The notes: generated from the letters alone by a model not told the origin. A stretch of DNA of 64,000 nt from an uncultured Candidatus Saccharibacteria bacterium (GCA_964474435.1 CAYYSI010000001.1:126647-190646), one strand, 5' to 3'; shown: positions 8,576 to 18,808, numbered from the stretch's first letter. A program made the numbers and translations.

Positions 8576-9625
8576 ATGACCATCATATTATTCATACTTG
8601 TATTGCTCGTGACCGTCCTCGTGCACGAATGGGGGCATTTCATCACTGCCAAGAAGAGCGGGATGCTTGTGGAGGAATTTGGGTTTGGTATTCCACCCAA
8701 GCTTTTTTCATGGAAGCGTGGCGAGACGACATACTCGATCAATGCATTGCCGATCGGGGGATTTGTAAAGATCGCAGGGGAGAATGGTGCGGACGAAGGA
8801 GTGCCGTACAACAGACAGTTTGAATCAAAGCCGTGGTATGTCAAAAGCCTGGTGTTGGTTGCAGGTGTTGTGATGAATGTGATACTTGCATTCGTGCTGT
8901 TTACCGCGGCGTACACGATCGGCATGCCAGGTGTGACTGATACTGGTACGCCCACCGTGATCGGAGTAGTGGATGGTAGTCCTACCCAAGAAGCTGGCAT
9001 TGAAGCAGGCGATACTATTTCATCGATACATATTGATACCAAGGCCGTATCGATTGAATCAACAGATACTATTCGTGACGCAATCCAACATTCAACAGGG
9101 GGCGTAACAGTAGACTATATACATGAAGGAGCGGCGCATACTGCAGTACTTACGCCCACTGAAACAAGTGATGGCAGACTAATAGGTGTAAGCATCGAAC
9201 GTATTGGCGTGATCAAGGTTTCATTTATCGACGCACTGGGGAAAGCTTGGATACAGGTTACTACCATGATCAAAAGTATCGTCGGTGCGATCGGCATGCT
9301 CGTCGGACGAGTGTTCAGTGGGCATCCATCTGCCGAAGGACTCATTGGTCCAGTAGGGCTTGCCAAAGAAGTGGGGAATGCCGCATCATTTGGCGCAACA
9401 TATCTGCTCGCATTTGTGGCAACGATTTCGCTCAATCTCGCCGTGCTCAACATCATGCCATTCCCGGCACTTGATGGGGGGCGGCTCTTGGTTGTCTGGG
9501 GCGAGGCCATAACCCGCCGCAAGTTTTCGGCGCTCACCGTGGGGGTCATCCATACGGTTGGATTCCTTATTTTGATCGGGCTCATGGTCATGCTCACGAT
9601 CGGGGATATCAAACGAGCCTTATAA
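8576..9625 (+). CDS. rseP: RseP-family site-2 protease (M50 zinc metalloprotease with PDZ domain)
   Basis: HEWGHFITAKKSG (HExxH) in the first TM, ALPIGGFVKIAGE, a central PDZ-like segment, and C-terminal LDGGR. Confidence 0.85.
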   Translation: MTIILFILVLLVTVLVHEWGHFITAKKSGMLVEEFGFGIPPKLFSWKRGETTYSINALPIGGFVKIAGENGADEGVPYNRQFESKPWYVKSLVLVAGVVMNVILAFVLFTAAYTIGMPGVTDTGTPTVIGVVDGSPTQEAGIEAGDTISSIHIDTKAVSIESTDTIRDAIQHSTGGVTVDYIHEGAAHTAVLTPTETSDGRLIGVSIERIGVIKVSFIDALGKAWIQVTTMIKSIVGAIGMLVGRVFSGHPSAEGLIGPVGLAKEVGNAASFGATYLLAFVATISLNLAVLNIMPFPALDGGRLLVVWGEAITRRKFSALTVGVIHTVGFLILIGLMVMLTIGDIKRAL

Positions 9626-9720
9626 TACAAGGCCATTGGACAATCTTGACAGATGTTTGACTTTTTTTACATCCATGATAAAGTGTATGTATAGTAATTT
9701 ATAAGAACAGCAGAAATTCT

Positions 9721-10752
9721 ATGGCAGTTATCAGTTTCAAACCAAAACAAGTCACCAAACGCCTGTTGTCGAACCTTCAGGATCGCGCATACGACATTAT
9801 CGTTAACCGATATGGTCTTACTGAAAATGCCGATTCCAAGACCCTCGAAGCAATCGGGAAAAAATACAATATCACTCGCGAACGAGTTCGCCAGATCGAA
9901 AATGCTGCCCTTGCAGCGATCAGAAAGAGCGACTCATTTAAGGCTGAACACAAGACGTTTGCTGAACTCAAGGCTCTCATTGAAACTGCTGGTGCTATGG
10001 TGCACGAAGATGACTTCCTTTCATTTATCTCAAAGGACAAGTCAGTGCAAAATCATGTTCGATTCTATCTCGTACTCGGTGATGAATTCAAAAAGATGAA
10101 AGAAGATGATCACTTCAACGCTCGATGGACTGTCGACGAAGGACTCTCAGAAGTTGTACACGAAGCACTTCACAGTGTCTACCGCACCCTTGATGACAAG
10201 GAGCTCCTTTCACAAGAAGACCTCGTCACACGATTCCTCAAAGAAATCAAAGACGTTGCTGATCAATACAAAAACGAAGAAGTTGCACGCCGATGGCTCA
10301 ACATTTCTAAAAAGATCGCACAAAATCCACTCGGTGAATGGGGTCCATCAGAATCTCAGAACATCAAGACTCGTGGTATCAAGGACTATGCATTTCTCAT
10401 GATGCGCAAGCATGGTTCTCCGATGCACTTCCGCGAAGTTGCAAAGGCAATCTTTGACACCTTTGGACGCAAGACACATGTCGCAACAACGCACAACGAG
10501 CTGATCAAGGATCCACGCTTTGTGCTCGTTGGCCGCGGCTACTACGCACTTGCAGAATGGGGATACAAGCCAGGTATCGTTCGTGATGTCATCAAGGAGA
10601 TCCTCGTCAAAGAAGGACCATTGACCAAAGAAGACGTCATCGAGCGCGTACTCAAAGAACGCTTCCTCAAGAAAAACACGATCCTCGTCAACCTCCAAAA
10701 CGCAAAATATTTCAAAAAGCTTTCGGACGGACGATACACCGTAGCCAAATAA
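9721..10752 (+). CDS. DNA-binding protein: N-terminal sigma-70 region-4-like HTH plus C-terminal HARE-HTH-like winged helix
   Basis: N-term YGL..KTLEAIGKKYNITRERVRQIENAALAAIRK resembles sigma region 4. C-term GSPMHFREVAKAIFD...DPRFVLVGRGYYALAEWG resembles the HARE-HTH of RNA polymerase delta. Confidence 0.4.
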   Translation: MAVISFKPKQVTKRLLSNLQDRAYDIIVNRYGLTENADSKTLEAIGKKYNITRERVRQIENAALAAIRKSDSFKAEHKTFAELKALIETAGAMVHEDDFLSFISKDKSVQNHVRFYLVLGDEFKKMKEDDHFNARWTVDEGLSEVVHEALHSVYRTLDDKELLSQEDLVTRFLKEIKDVADQYKNEEVARRWLNISKKIAQNPLGEWGPSESQNIKTRGIKDYAFLMMRKHGSPMHFREVAKAIFDTFGRKTHVATTHNELIKDPRFVLVGRGYYALAEWGYKPGIVRDVIKEILVKEGPLTKEDVIERVLKERFLKKNTILVNLQNAKYFKKLSDGRYTVAK

Positions 10753-10761
10753 CTCTTAAAA

Positions 10762-10790
10762 AACTCTAGTTTCGCACTAGAGTTTTTTTA
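10762..10790. terminator. Intrinsic terminator
   Basis: aaaaaactctagt-ttcgc-actagagttttttt. Confidence 0.65.
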
Positions 10791-10812
10791 TTGCGTGGTA
10801 TAATAAAGGCAT

Positions 10813-11304
10813 ATGGCAGATGCACCAAGTGGTGGCGGTACGTGGGAACCATTCGAGATTATTATCGTCGTGATTCTTTTGATCGGTCTTTTGTCGCGAC
10901 TTGATACGAGTAACGATACAAAAAAGGCACCTACAACGACGAAGCCCAAGTCCGAAGTTGTAAGCAAGGCTCCTGATCCTAACGCATGTGGTCTCACACT
11001 CTCGCGCCCGCACTCACTCGAAAAGCCGACAACGGTTGTCACCCTCATCGGCTCGACTGCTGGATGCAACTGGACGTCGACAAGTGATGTCGCGCTCTAC
11101 GCACAAGTCGTCGATGCGCGCGGCATGCCTGTCTCTGCATACACAACCGTGCCCGTTGCTTCATCAGGTGTGAACACTGCATACTTTGACACAAGTATTG
11201 CGCTGACTGATACGCCAACCAAAGGGACTGGGTACCTCATACTGATCCCCGCAACGACTGATCCCACGCATCCGATCTCAGTGCGCATTCCGCTCAAATT
11301 TTAA
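10813..11304 (+). CDS. Membrane-anchored extracytoplasmic hypothetical protein
   Basis: Single N-terminal TM (IIIVVILLIGLL) followed by a T/S/P-rich linker. Confidence 0.5.
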   Translation: MADAPSGGGTWEPFEIIIVVILLIGLLSRLDTSNDTKKAPTTTKPKSEVVSKAPDPNACGLTLSRPHSLEKPTTVVTLIGSTAGCNWTSTSDVALYAQVVDARGMPVSAYTTVPVASSGVNTAYFDTSIALTDTPTKGTGYLILIPATTDPTHPISVRIPLKF

Positions 11305-11322
11305 AACTGGTATACTACACGC

Positions 11323-12594
11323 ATGTCTCCTGATGCATTTATTGCAGTTGTCTTTCACCAAGTCGGTGTGTTTTTAATCTTTGGTGCTATTGCAGTGATC
11401 GCATGGAATGTGTGGCTGCAATACATCAACATGGTGTACCTCCGATCGATTGATTGGGTCATCCTCGAAATCGTCCCACCCAAAGAAGTCCACAAATCTC
11501 CTGAAGCAATGGAGCTCGTATTGAATGTGTTTAACGGAGGAGGTGCGGGCAACTGGTACGAAAAATATTGGAAAGGTGAGCTCGCGCAATACTACTCACT
11601 CGAGATCGTATCGACTGAGGGCAAGGTGCATTTCTATGTTCGCTTTGCCAAGAAATTTAAAAAGGCATTTGAAGCACAACTCTATGCGCAGTATCCGCAG
11701 GCAGAAATAAAAGAAGTCGAGGACTATACGAAAAAGATCCCGAGCTCTGACTTTGGCAAGAATTCTCCGATCAGTATGTTTGCGTATAACCTCAAGCTCA
11801 AAAAGGAGGATCCGTATCCGATCAAGTCATATATTGATTTCGGTCTTGATCGGGCCGTGGGCTCACTCGAAGAAGAGCAGCGTATTGATCCAATCACGCC
11901 CACTATTGAAACAATGGGTTCTATTGGTATCGGTGAGCATATTTGGGTACAGATCAATTTCCGCCAAGCAGTAAAACGTCATGAGGTGAAAAAGGGCGAG
12001 GAGATTGAAAAAGAAAAAGCGTGGACGGACAAAAGCAAAGAAATCATTGCCGGACTCAAAGCTGCTGCAAATACCAAGGATGCCGAAGGCAAGGTTACTG
12101 CAGGGCGTTTGAGCAAAGGCGAAAACCAAGTCATCGAAGCCATCGAGCGACATCGAAACAAGCCGGGCTTTGACTGTGGCATACGTGTCCTCTATGTTGC
12201 AAACAAAGATAACTTTAGTGGCAACACGATCTCTGCATTTACGGCAATGTTTCGTCAGTACAATACCGAAGACATGAACTCGTTTAGTATGGGCGACCTC
12301 ACCAAGACCCCTGATGCAATGCCGTGGAAGGATCCATTTGATAAAAAGGTAAAGAAAATGAAAAAAGATTATCTCGATGATTACAAAGACCGTGCATTTT
12401 TCTACGGAGGATTTCGGTTTGACAAGATCGGCAAGTATTTCACGCATCCAGAAAATTCTGGGAGCAAAGGGTTCGTCCTTTCGAGCGAAGAGCTCGCAAC
12501 GATCTATCACTTGCCAGGTCGTGTTGCAGAGACACCAACTGTCGGTCGTATCGAGTCCAAGAAAGGGGAGCCACCAGCAAACCTACCTATTTAG
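11323..12594 (+). CDS. Membrane-anchored hypothetical protein (423 aa)
   Basis: N-terminal TM helix followed by a large soluble domain. No family recognised. Confidence 0.5.
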   Translation: MSPDAFIAVVFHQVGVFLIFGAIAVIAWNVWLQYINMVYLRSIDWVILEIVPPKEVHKSPEAMELVLNVFNGGGAGNWYEKYWKGELAQYYSLEIVSTEGKVHFYVRFAKKFKKAFEAQLYAQYPQAEIKEVEDYTKKIPSSDFGKNSPISMFAYNLKLKKEDPYPIKSYIDFGLDRAVGSLEEEQRIDPITPTIETMGSIGIGEHIWVQINFRQAVKRHEVKKGEEIEKEKAWTDKSKEIIAGLKAAANTKDAEGKVTAGRLSKGENQVIEAIERHRNKPGFDCGIRVLYVANKDNFSGNTISAFTAMFRQYNTEDMNSFSMGDLTKTPDAMPWKDPFDKKVKKMKKDYLDDYKDRAFFYGGFRFDKIGKYFTHPENSGSKGFVLSSEELATIYHLPGRVAETPTVGRIESKKGEPPANLPI

Positions 12595-12600
12595 TATTGT

Positions 12601-13569
12601 ATGAAATCATCTTCCCGCATCATTCGTTTCTTGGCATATATCGTTATCGGTGTAGTGCTTGTTGTCGGGATCGTCGGATTGTTTCGCCGATTTCTTGCTG
12701 CCCCTGCAGGTTTCCCAACACCGTATCATTTGACGATTGAGTCTGGGCAGACACTCTTTTCTATCTCGCACGAGCTCTACGATGCGCACGTGATCCGATC
12801 GACGAGACTCTTTGAGGTGTTTATGATTGCGCTCGATAGTGAAAAGCGGGTGAGTGAAGGAGAATATTATTTTGAAAAACCCGTCTCTGCATTTGAAATC
12901 GCGCTCCGTATTTCTGGGCGACAGTTTGGGATCGATCGCAAGCGTGTGACATTCCCCGAAGGCTTCACCAATAAACAAATGGCCGCACGACTCGAGCAGA
13001 CGATGCCCGGTTTTGATACAGAGCTTTTCTTGATGCTGGCAAAAGAGTATGAGGGCTATCTCTTCCCAGATACGTACAGTTTCTTTCCTTCGATTACACC
13101 AGATGTTGTTGTTGGTGTGCTCAAGCGCAACTTTGCAACACAGACGATGGATCTCGAGTCGAGCTTCCTGACGTCAAACCGCAAGCGAAGTGACGTCATC
13201 ATCATGGCTTCAATCATTGAAAAGGAAGCAAACAAGGCCGAAGAAATGCCCGTCATTGCAGGTATCCTATGGAAACGCATCGATGAAGGCAAGGCGCTCC
13301 AAGTCGATGCACCATTTCTCTACACATTGGGCAAGGCGAGTAGTGAACTCACTCGCAAAGACCTCGCGTCCAACTCTCTCTACAACACCTATACACACAA
13401 AGGTTTGCCGCCGACGCCGATCTCAAACCCTGGACTCGATGCGATCAAGGCAGCACTGGCACCCGTTGATTCTCCATATTATTTCTATCTCCATGGCAGT
13501 GATGGTGTGGTGCACTATGCAACGACGTACAAGGAGCATCAAAAGAACATTGCGCTCTATTTGAAATAA
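12601..13569 (+). CDS. mltG: Endolytic murein transglycosylase MltG (YceG-like)
   Basis: N-terminal TM, EGEYYFEKPVSAFEI, LFPDTYSF, ASIIEKEA, GLPPTPISNPG. These are YceG family hallmarks. Confidence 0.85.
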   Translation: MKSSSRIIRFLAYIVIGVVLVVGIVGLFRRFLAAPAGFPTPYHLTIESGQTLFSISHELYDAHVIRSTRLFEVFMIALDSEKRVSEGEYYFEKPVSAFEIALRISGRQFGIDRKRVTFPEGFTNKQMAARLEQTMPGFDTELFLMLAKEYEGYLFPDTYSFFPSITPDVVVGVLKRNFATQTMDLESSFLTSNRKRSDVIIMASIIEKEANKAEEMPVIAGILWKRIDEGKALQVDAPFLYTLGKASSELTRKDLASNSLYNTYTHKGLPPTPISNPGLDAIKAALAPVDSPYYFYLHGSDGVVHYATTYKEHQKNIALYLK

Positions 13570-13588
13570 CCGGTATACTTCCTATCCC

Positions 13589-14131
13589 ATGATCCTCCAA
13601 CAACCTCTCGCATTTGTTGATATAGAGACGACAGGACTCAATCCTGAAACCGCCGAAATCATCGAGCTCGGCGTGGTGATTGCACGACTCAAGGATGACG
13701 AGCTCGTTGTGTTGCAAGAAATCGATCTCAAAATCGCACCCAAACATATCGAAACTGCCGAGCCGCAAGCACTACGCGTCAACGGATACAACGAAGCGGA
13801 TTGGATATTTGCCGTATCGATCGAGGAAGCACTCAAGACCTTTGTAGAGAAAACTGAGGGAGCAATCTTTGTTGCACATAACGCAACGTTTGATTATGGA
13901 TTTATCGAAGCAAACCTCAGACGGTACAACATCGAGAGCAAGATGCATTATCATCGACTCGATACAATCTCGATTGCATTTGGCATCCTGCACACCAATG
14001 ATGACATCAGCAAGCTTTCGCTCCGTGCACTCTGTGAGAAATATGGTATAGAAAATAAAAAAGCCCATAGTGCGTTTGCAGATGCATACGCGACGTACGA
14101 GCTTTTTAAGAAGTTGTTGAAGTTGAAATAA
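13589..14131 (+). CDS. DnaQ-like 3'-5' exonuclease (DNA pol III epsilon family)
   Basis: Exo I FVDIETTGLNP, Exo II VAHNATFDYGFI, Exo III HSAFADAYATYELF. Confidence 0.85.
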   Translation: MILQQPLAFVDIETTGLNPETAEIIELGVVIARLKDDELVVLQEIDLKIAPKHIETAEPQALRVNGYNEADWIFAVSIEEALKTFVEKTEGAIFVAHNATFDYGFIEANLRRYNIESKMHYHRLDTISIAFGILHTNDDISKLSLRALCEKYGIENKKAHSAFADAYATYELFKKLLKLK

Positions 14132-14134
14132 GAA

Positions 14135-14158
14135 ATCCCCGACGAATATGCCGGGGAT
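14135..14158. terminator. Bidirectional intrinsic terminator
   Basis: atccccg-acgaatatg-ccgggga(t) between convergent genes. Confidence 0.55.
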
Positions 14159-14169
14159 AAGTAAGTATT

Positions 14170-14850
14170 TTACATAGCTACTATTGTATCAATTATTGCC
14201 AATACCTCCTTTCGAAAGTCAGCCTCATTATCCATAAGGTCTTTCACAATGTTACAGGAGTATAAAACATTTGAATGATCTGTACTACCAAAGTATTCCG
14301 CAATAGATTTTAAAGAATAAGGAGTAACCATTCTCGCTAAATACCTAATAATTTGTCGCACGGTAGCGATATCTGCCTTATTTGTTTTCTCAAATATTTT
14401 TTCATAAGGGATATCGAAAAAATTACATACAGTATGAGATATATTCTCTATAGTAATTGCAGACGTGCGACTTTGAGTGATTCCAAAAACACCAGGTATC
14501 CGAAATCTATCATAAATATCATGCAATATCTGAATATTTTCTGTAGACAAAGTTTTCTTTTGTCTGTTATCTGATGTAAATCCTGCTAAAATAAAATCAT
14601 TTTTTTGTGACTGTTTTATTTCCCTAATAATTTTATAGATAAAAGCAGGTGAGTTTTTTAGAAATTCATCCGTTTTAAAATTTACAAAAATAATAGGCCA
14701 GGATCTTCGTAGTGTACTTTCTCTCAAGCACTGTAATGTATTCACTGGAATCAAAGTCATATTTTCATTTTTTGATACGATCTTTATATATTCCAAGAAT
14801 TCACGGTGACCTGCTGTTTTTGGGTCATATAGTAATATTTCGTTATTCAT
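14170..14850 (-). CDS. DnaA C-terminal (domain IV) DNA-binding domain protein without AAA+ module
   Basis: C-terminal 70 aa ATVRQIIRYLARMVTPYSLKSIAEYFGSTDHSNVLYSCNIVKDLMDNEADFRKEVLAIIDTI matches the Bac_DnaA_C helix-turn-helix. No Walker A in the N-terminal 130 aa. Low-GC gene. Confidence 0.55.
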   Translation of the reverse strand: MNNEILLYDPKTAGHREFLEYIKIVSKNENMTLIPVNTLQCLRESTLRRSWPIIFVNFKTDEFLKNSPAFIYKIIREIKQSQKNDFILAGFTSDNRQKKTLSTENIQILHDIYDRFRIPGVFGITQSRTSAITIENISHTVCNFFDIPYEKIFEKTNKADIATVRQIIRYLARMVTPYSLKSIAEYFGSTDHSNVLYSCNIVKDLMDNEADFRKEVLAIIDTIVAM

Positions 14851-14910
14851 GATTTAATGAGTTTTTCTTTACTCTAAACTAAAAGGACGATTTGTCAAAT
14901 ATGTGGTACT

Positions 14911-15975
14911 ATGTCGGTTGTGAAATCTAAACGTCAGAAAATATTTGTAGGCGTATCAGGCGGAGTGGACTCGTCTGTTGTCGCGTACCTGCTGCAGAAA
15001 CAAGGACATGACGTCCATGGCGTCTTTGTGAAGACGTGGTCACCAGAATGGCTGCCCTGTACATGGGTAGATGAAAAGCGTGATGCGATGCGTGTCTGTG
15101 CCGCGCTTGGTATTCCATTCCATTTCCTCGATGCAGAGCAGGCGTACAAGGACGGCGTGGCAGAGTATATGATCAATGAATATCGCGCCGGGCGCACACC
15201 CAACCCTGACGTGCTTTGCAATCGCGTGATCAAGTTTGGTGTGCTCTGGGATTATGCAAAAAATCATGGTGCAGATGTCGTTGCGACGGGGCACTATGCG
15301 CAGACTAATGGCACACAAATGATGAAGGGAGTTGATGTATCCAAAGACCAATCATATTTCCTCTGGATGCTTTCGCGCGAAGAGCTTTCGCATATCCAAT
15401 TTCCGATTGGACATTTGGACAAAGGCGAGGTGCGTCGCATTGCAGAAAAGGCAGGACTCTTTACTGCAGTAAAAAAAGATAGCCAGGGCATCTGCTTCCT
15501 TGGCGACGTCGATATGCGCGAATTTCTTTCTCATTATATAGAGAGCAAACAGGGAGATGTCGTAGATGAGAATGGCGAGGTGATCGGGACGCATACTGGT
15601 GTGTGGTTTTATACATTGGGAGAACGTCACGGATTTACGATCACCAATACAGAAACAAATACATCGCCGTATTATGTCATTGCAAAAAATATTGAAGCAA
15701 ACCAACTCGTTGTTTCCAAGAATCCAATGCCGACAAATCAAAGCAATGGCAAGGTAGCAATACAACTCCGCGATACAAACTGGATCGAATCTGTTGATCA
15801 CAGCAAAGCATACACGGCACAGATCAGATATCATGGAGAGTTGATTGAGGCTCGTATTAAAAATGATAGGGAAGTAGAGCTCACCTATGATGGACTCATT
15901 GCGCTCGGACAATCACTCGTGATCTATGACGGAGACATACTTGTTGGCGGAGGCATCATTGATACTGTGTCATAA
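14911..15975 (+). CDS. mnmA: tRNA-specific 2-thiouridylase MnmA
   Basis: PP-loop VGVSGGVDSSV plus conserved Cys residues. 354 aa. Confidence 0.9.
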   Translation: MSVVKSKRQKIFVGVSGGVDSSVVAYLLQKQGHDVHGVFVKTWSPEWLPCTWVDEKRDAMRVCAALGIPFHFLDAEQAYKDGVAEYMINEYRAGRTPNPDVLCNRVIKFGVLWDYAKNHGADVVATGHYAQTNGTQMMKGVDVSKDQSYFLWMLSREELSHIQFPIGHLDKGEVRRIAEKAGLFTAVKKDSQGICFLGDVDMREFLSHYIESKQGDVVDENGEVIGTHTGVWFYTLGERHGFTITNTETNTSPYYVIAKNIEANQLVVSKNPMPTNQSNGKVAIQLRDTNWIESVDHSKAYTAQIRYHGELIEARIKNDREVELTYDGLIALGQSLVIYDGDILVGGGIIDTVS

Positions 15976-15994
15976 AGTACGCTATACTTCATGC

Positions 15995-16459
15995 ATGCAA
16001 AATATCATCAACGACCCAATGATCCTCAGTCTCATTGTCGCAATGTTACTCGGTATGATTCTCGGTATCGAACGATTTCTCGCGCACAAGACTGCAGGCA
16101 TGCGCACCTATACCTTCATCTCGATGGGATCTGCATTGTTTGTCATCATTTCGCAAATGGTTGCAGCACAGAGCACGGGACTCTTTGATCCACTTCGTAT
16201 GGCAGCCCAAGTTGTCGCTGCGGCGGGGTTCCTCGGCGTTGGTGCAATCTTTCACAAAGATCAACGTGTCTCTGGTATCACGACTGCAAGCGGTCTCTGG
16301 GTATCAGCAGGTATCGGTATGGCGTGTGGCTTTGGACTCTACAAGCTTGCGATCATCGTGACGATCCTCTCACTCTTTACGTTCGTCGTCATGTGGTTCC
16401 TCGAGCAGCAGATCCGCAAGATTCACATTGGTCAAGATATCGAAAACACACCGCTCTAA
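15995..16459 (+). CDS. mgtC: MgtC/SapB family membrane protein
   Basis: ILSLIVAMLLGMILGIERFLAHKTAGMRTYTFISMGSALF is the MgtC signature. The track ORF begins at 15926 overlapping mnmA. ATG at 15995 is more plausible. Confidence 0.75.
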   Translation: MQNIINDPMILSLIVAMLLGMILGIERFLAHKTAGMRTYTFISMGSALFVIISQMVAAQSTGLFDPLRMAAQVVAAAGFLGVGAIFHKDQRVSGITTASGLWVSAGIGMACGFGLYKLAIIVTILSLFTFVVMWFLEQQIRKIHIGQDIENTPL

Positions 16460-16480
16460 AGGCGGTTTTTTGTTTGTGGT

Positions 16481-18268
16481 ATGATGGGCGGTATGAAATA
16501 CAAGACGCAGTGGGATTTGACCCTTTTGTATAAGAGCGAAAAGGATCCACAGATAGAGAAGGATGTACAAATGGTTGAAAACCTCTGTGCTCAGTTTGAA
16601 AAGAAGTATAAAGGTAAAAACTTTACTAGTTCTGCACAAAGACTCGCTATTGCTTTGAAAGAGTATCACGCAATGTCTGATTCATCTCTATATCGGCCGT
16701 GGTTTTATTTTTATCTCATCAAAGAAATTGATGCAAATAATACGTATGCACAAGCACAGTACACAAGTATTGAACAACGGATCAATATTGCAAGTAACAA
16801 AGTCGCCTTCTTTGTGCTTGATATTGCAAAAATACCACCTGTAACCCAAAAGAAATATCTAAAAAATAAGGATCTTGAAGTATATAGATATTACCTTCTA
16901 AAAATATTTACTACTGCAAAATATAATCTCTCTGAAAAAGAAGAGCAGTTGTTACTGTTGCTGGCTCAAACAAGTGAGACAATGTGGGCAAGCGCTCAGC
17001 AGAAACTCCTAGGCAATCAACACGTAGTATTTAAAGGGGTTACGATTCCAATATCGGAAGCAAAAGCAAAGGTAGCAGAACTTCCACTTGAAGAACGATA
17101 CGATCTTTCGCAAAAGATTAGTACAGTCTCAAAAGAGATTAGTTTTATGGCAGAAGCAGAGCTCAATGCGATCTATAATTTTCACAATACTGTCAATACA
17201 TTAAAGAAGTATAAGACGCCCTACAGTGCCAGCGTACTTTTAAAGGAAAATACAGAAGAAGAAATAAAAGCTTTTGCTGAGCTCGTTACTGAATACTTTT
17301 CTCTCAGTCAAAGATTTCATGTACTTCATGCAAAGCTCCTTGGTCTCAAAAAATTAAGACTTGCAGATCGACGAGTAAATATAGGTAAGGTCAACAAAAC
17401 ATTTGATTTTGAACAATCTCTTTCACTAACTAGGTCCGCACTAGGAAAAGCCGGAACTCAGTATTCAAAAATCCTTGATCGTTTTATACATAATGGCCAA
17501 ATCGATGTACTCCCTCGCAAAGGTAAACAGGCTGGGGGATTTTGCGTGACCGTCGGAGAATTGCCAACATATATATTGCTCAACCATACCAATGATGTGC
17601 AATCAGTAGAAACATTTGCTCATGAGATGGGGCACGCGATTCATGGTGAGCTGAGCAAGAAACTACCTCGACACTATCAAGCATATTCAGGTTCTGTGGC
17701 AGAAGTTGCGAGCATGTTTTTCGAGCAATTTGTTGGATTAGAACTTGAGCAGTACTTAACCGAAGAAGAACAACTATTTATGCTTCACCGAAAGGTATGT
17801 GAAGATGTGTTTGCAATTTTTTGCCAGATTGCATGTTTTAATTATGAGCTGGAACTCCATGAGCGCATCAAGAAAGAAGGTCAAGTATCTGCCCAGGATA
17901 TGGCAGAGATGATGAATAAGCATATGCAGGCATATTGCGGCCCGGCAATGAACATATTGGCAGATGATGGATATTTGTTTGTGACATGGCATCACCTTCG
18001 ATATAATTTCTACACATATACGTATGCGTACGGTGGTTTGATTAGTCGTGCACTATTTGAAAATTGGAAAAAAGATAATTCATATATGAAAAAAATTGAA
18101 CAATTTCTCTCGGCTGGTGGCTCAATGAGCCCCAAAGATATTTTCAAATCCATCGGCATCAATACTGATAAGAAATTCTTTGAAGCAGGACTGAGGGGGA
18201 TTGAAGCTGATATTGATAAACTTGAAAAACTCTCAAAGAATTGGCTAAAAAATAAAAGAGGGAAATAG
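16481..18268 (+). CDS. pepF: Oligoendopeptidase F (M3 family)
   Basis: HEMGHAIH zinc motif and M3B-like length (595 aa). Low GC. Confidence 0.8.
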   Translation: MMGGMKYKTQWDLTLLYKSEKDPQIEKDVQMVENLCAQFEKKYKGKNFTSSAQRLAIALKEYHAMSDSSLYRPWFYFYLIKEIDANNTYAQAQYTSIEQRINIASNKVAFFVLDIAKIPPVTQKKYLKNKDLEVYRYYLLKIFTTAKYNLSEKEEQLLLLLAQTSETMWASAQQKLLGNQHVVFKGVTIPISEAKAKVAELPLEERYDLSQKISTVSKEISFMAEAELNAIYNFHNTVNTLKKYKTPYSASVLLKENTEEEIKAFAELVTEYFSLSQRFHVLHAKLLGLKKLRLADRRVNIGKVNKTFDFEQSLSLTRSALGKAGTQYSKILDRFIHNGQIDVLPRKGKQAGGFCVTVGELPTYILLNHTNDVQSVETFAHEMGHAIHGELSKKLPRHYQAYSGSVAEVASMFFEQFVGLELEQYLTEEEQLFMLHRKVCEDVFAIFCQIACFNYELELHERIKKEGQVSAQDMAEMMNKHMQAYCGPAMNILADDGYLFVTWHHLRYNFYTYTYAYGGLISRALFENWKKDNSYMKKIEQFLSAGGSMSPKDIFKSIGINTDKKFFEAGLRGIEADIDKLEKLSKNWLKNKRGK

Positions 18269-18287
18269 TTGCAAAATATTTAATATA

Positions 18288-18797
18288 TTGTATAGTGTTA
18301 AAAAATTACATCACCAAAAAATACGACATATGTACTTACAAATTCAAATACCACTCTGGTATTGGCAAGCTGGAATGTTAGTTCTTCTGATACTGGTATT
18401 GATCGGCATAGTTTGGATAGCACACCTACAGAAAAGAAATAAAGAATTGAAAGAAGAAAGAAGTAATCCGTTGACTATCGATGACTCTTATGTAGGAAAA
18501 GTGTTTTATCCAATCAACTTTTTTGATCGATACAATAGAAATACATCCTCACTATTTGATTCGAAAAGTTCCATTGTAAAGGCGCTTGTTAATGATTCTG
18601 AATCAGTATATTATTTTGAAATTTCAAATGAACAGATTATTGAGCAGTTAAAGCAACATCACAACAAAGTGTATGTGTTGGAAACGAGAACAGTCAATGG
18701 TGGTAAAAAGGAGTTTTACTTCAAAGTAATCAATACTGCTAGAGAACTAAGTTATTACAAAACCAATTTCTCAAAGATTTTGTACTCAGAGGTGTAA
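18288..18797 (+). CDS. Membrane-anchored hypothetical protein
   Basis: TM helix LVLLILVLIGIVWIA. Low GC. Confidence 0.4.
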   Translation: MYSVKKLHHQKIRHMYLQIQIPLWYWQAGMLVLLILVLIGIVWIAHLQKRNKELKEERSNPLTIDDSYVGKVFYPINFFDRYNRNTSSLFDSKSSIVKALVNDSESVYYFEISNEQIIEQLKQHHNKVYVLETRTVNGGKKEFYFKVINTARELSYYKTNFSKILYSEV

Positions 18798-18808
18798 ACT
18801 ATACTTGC

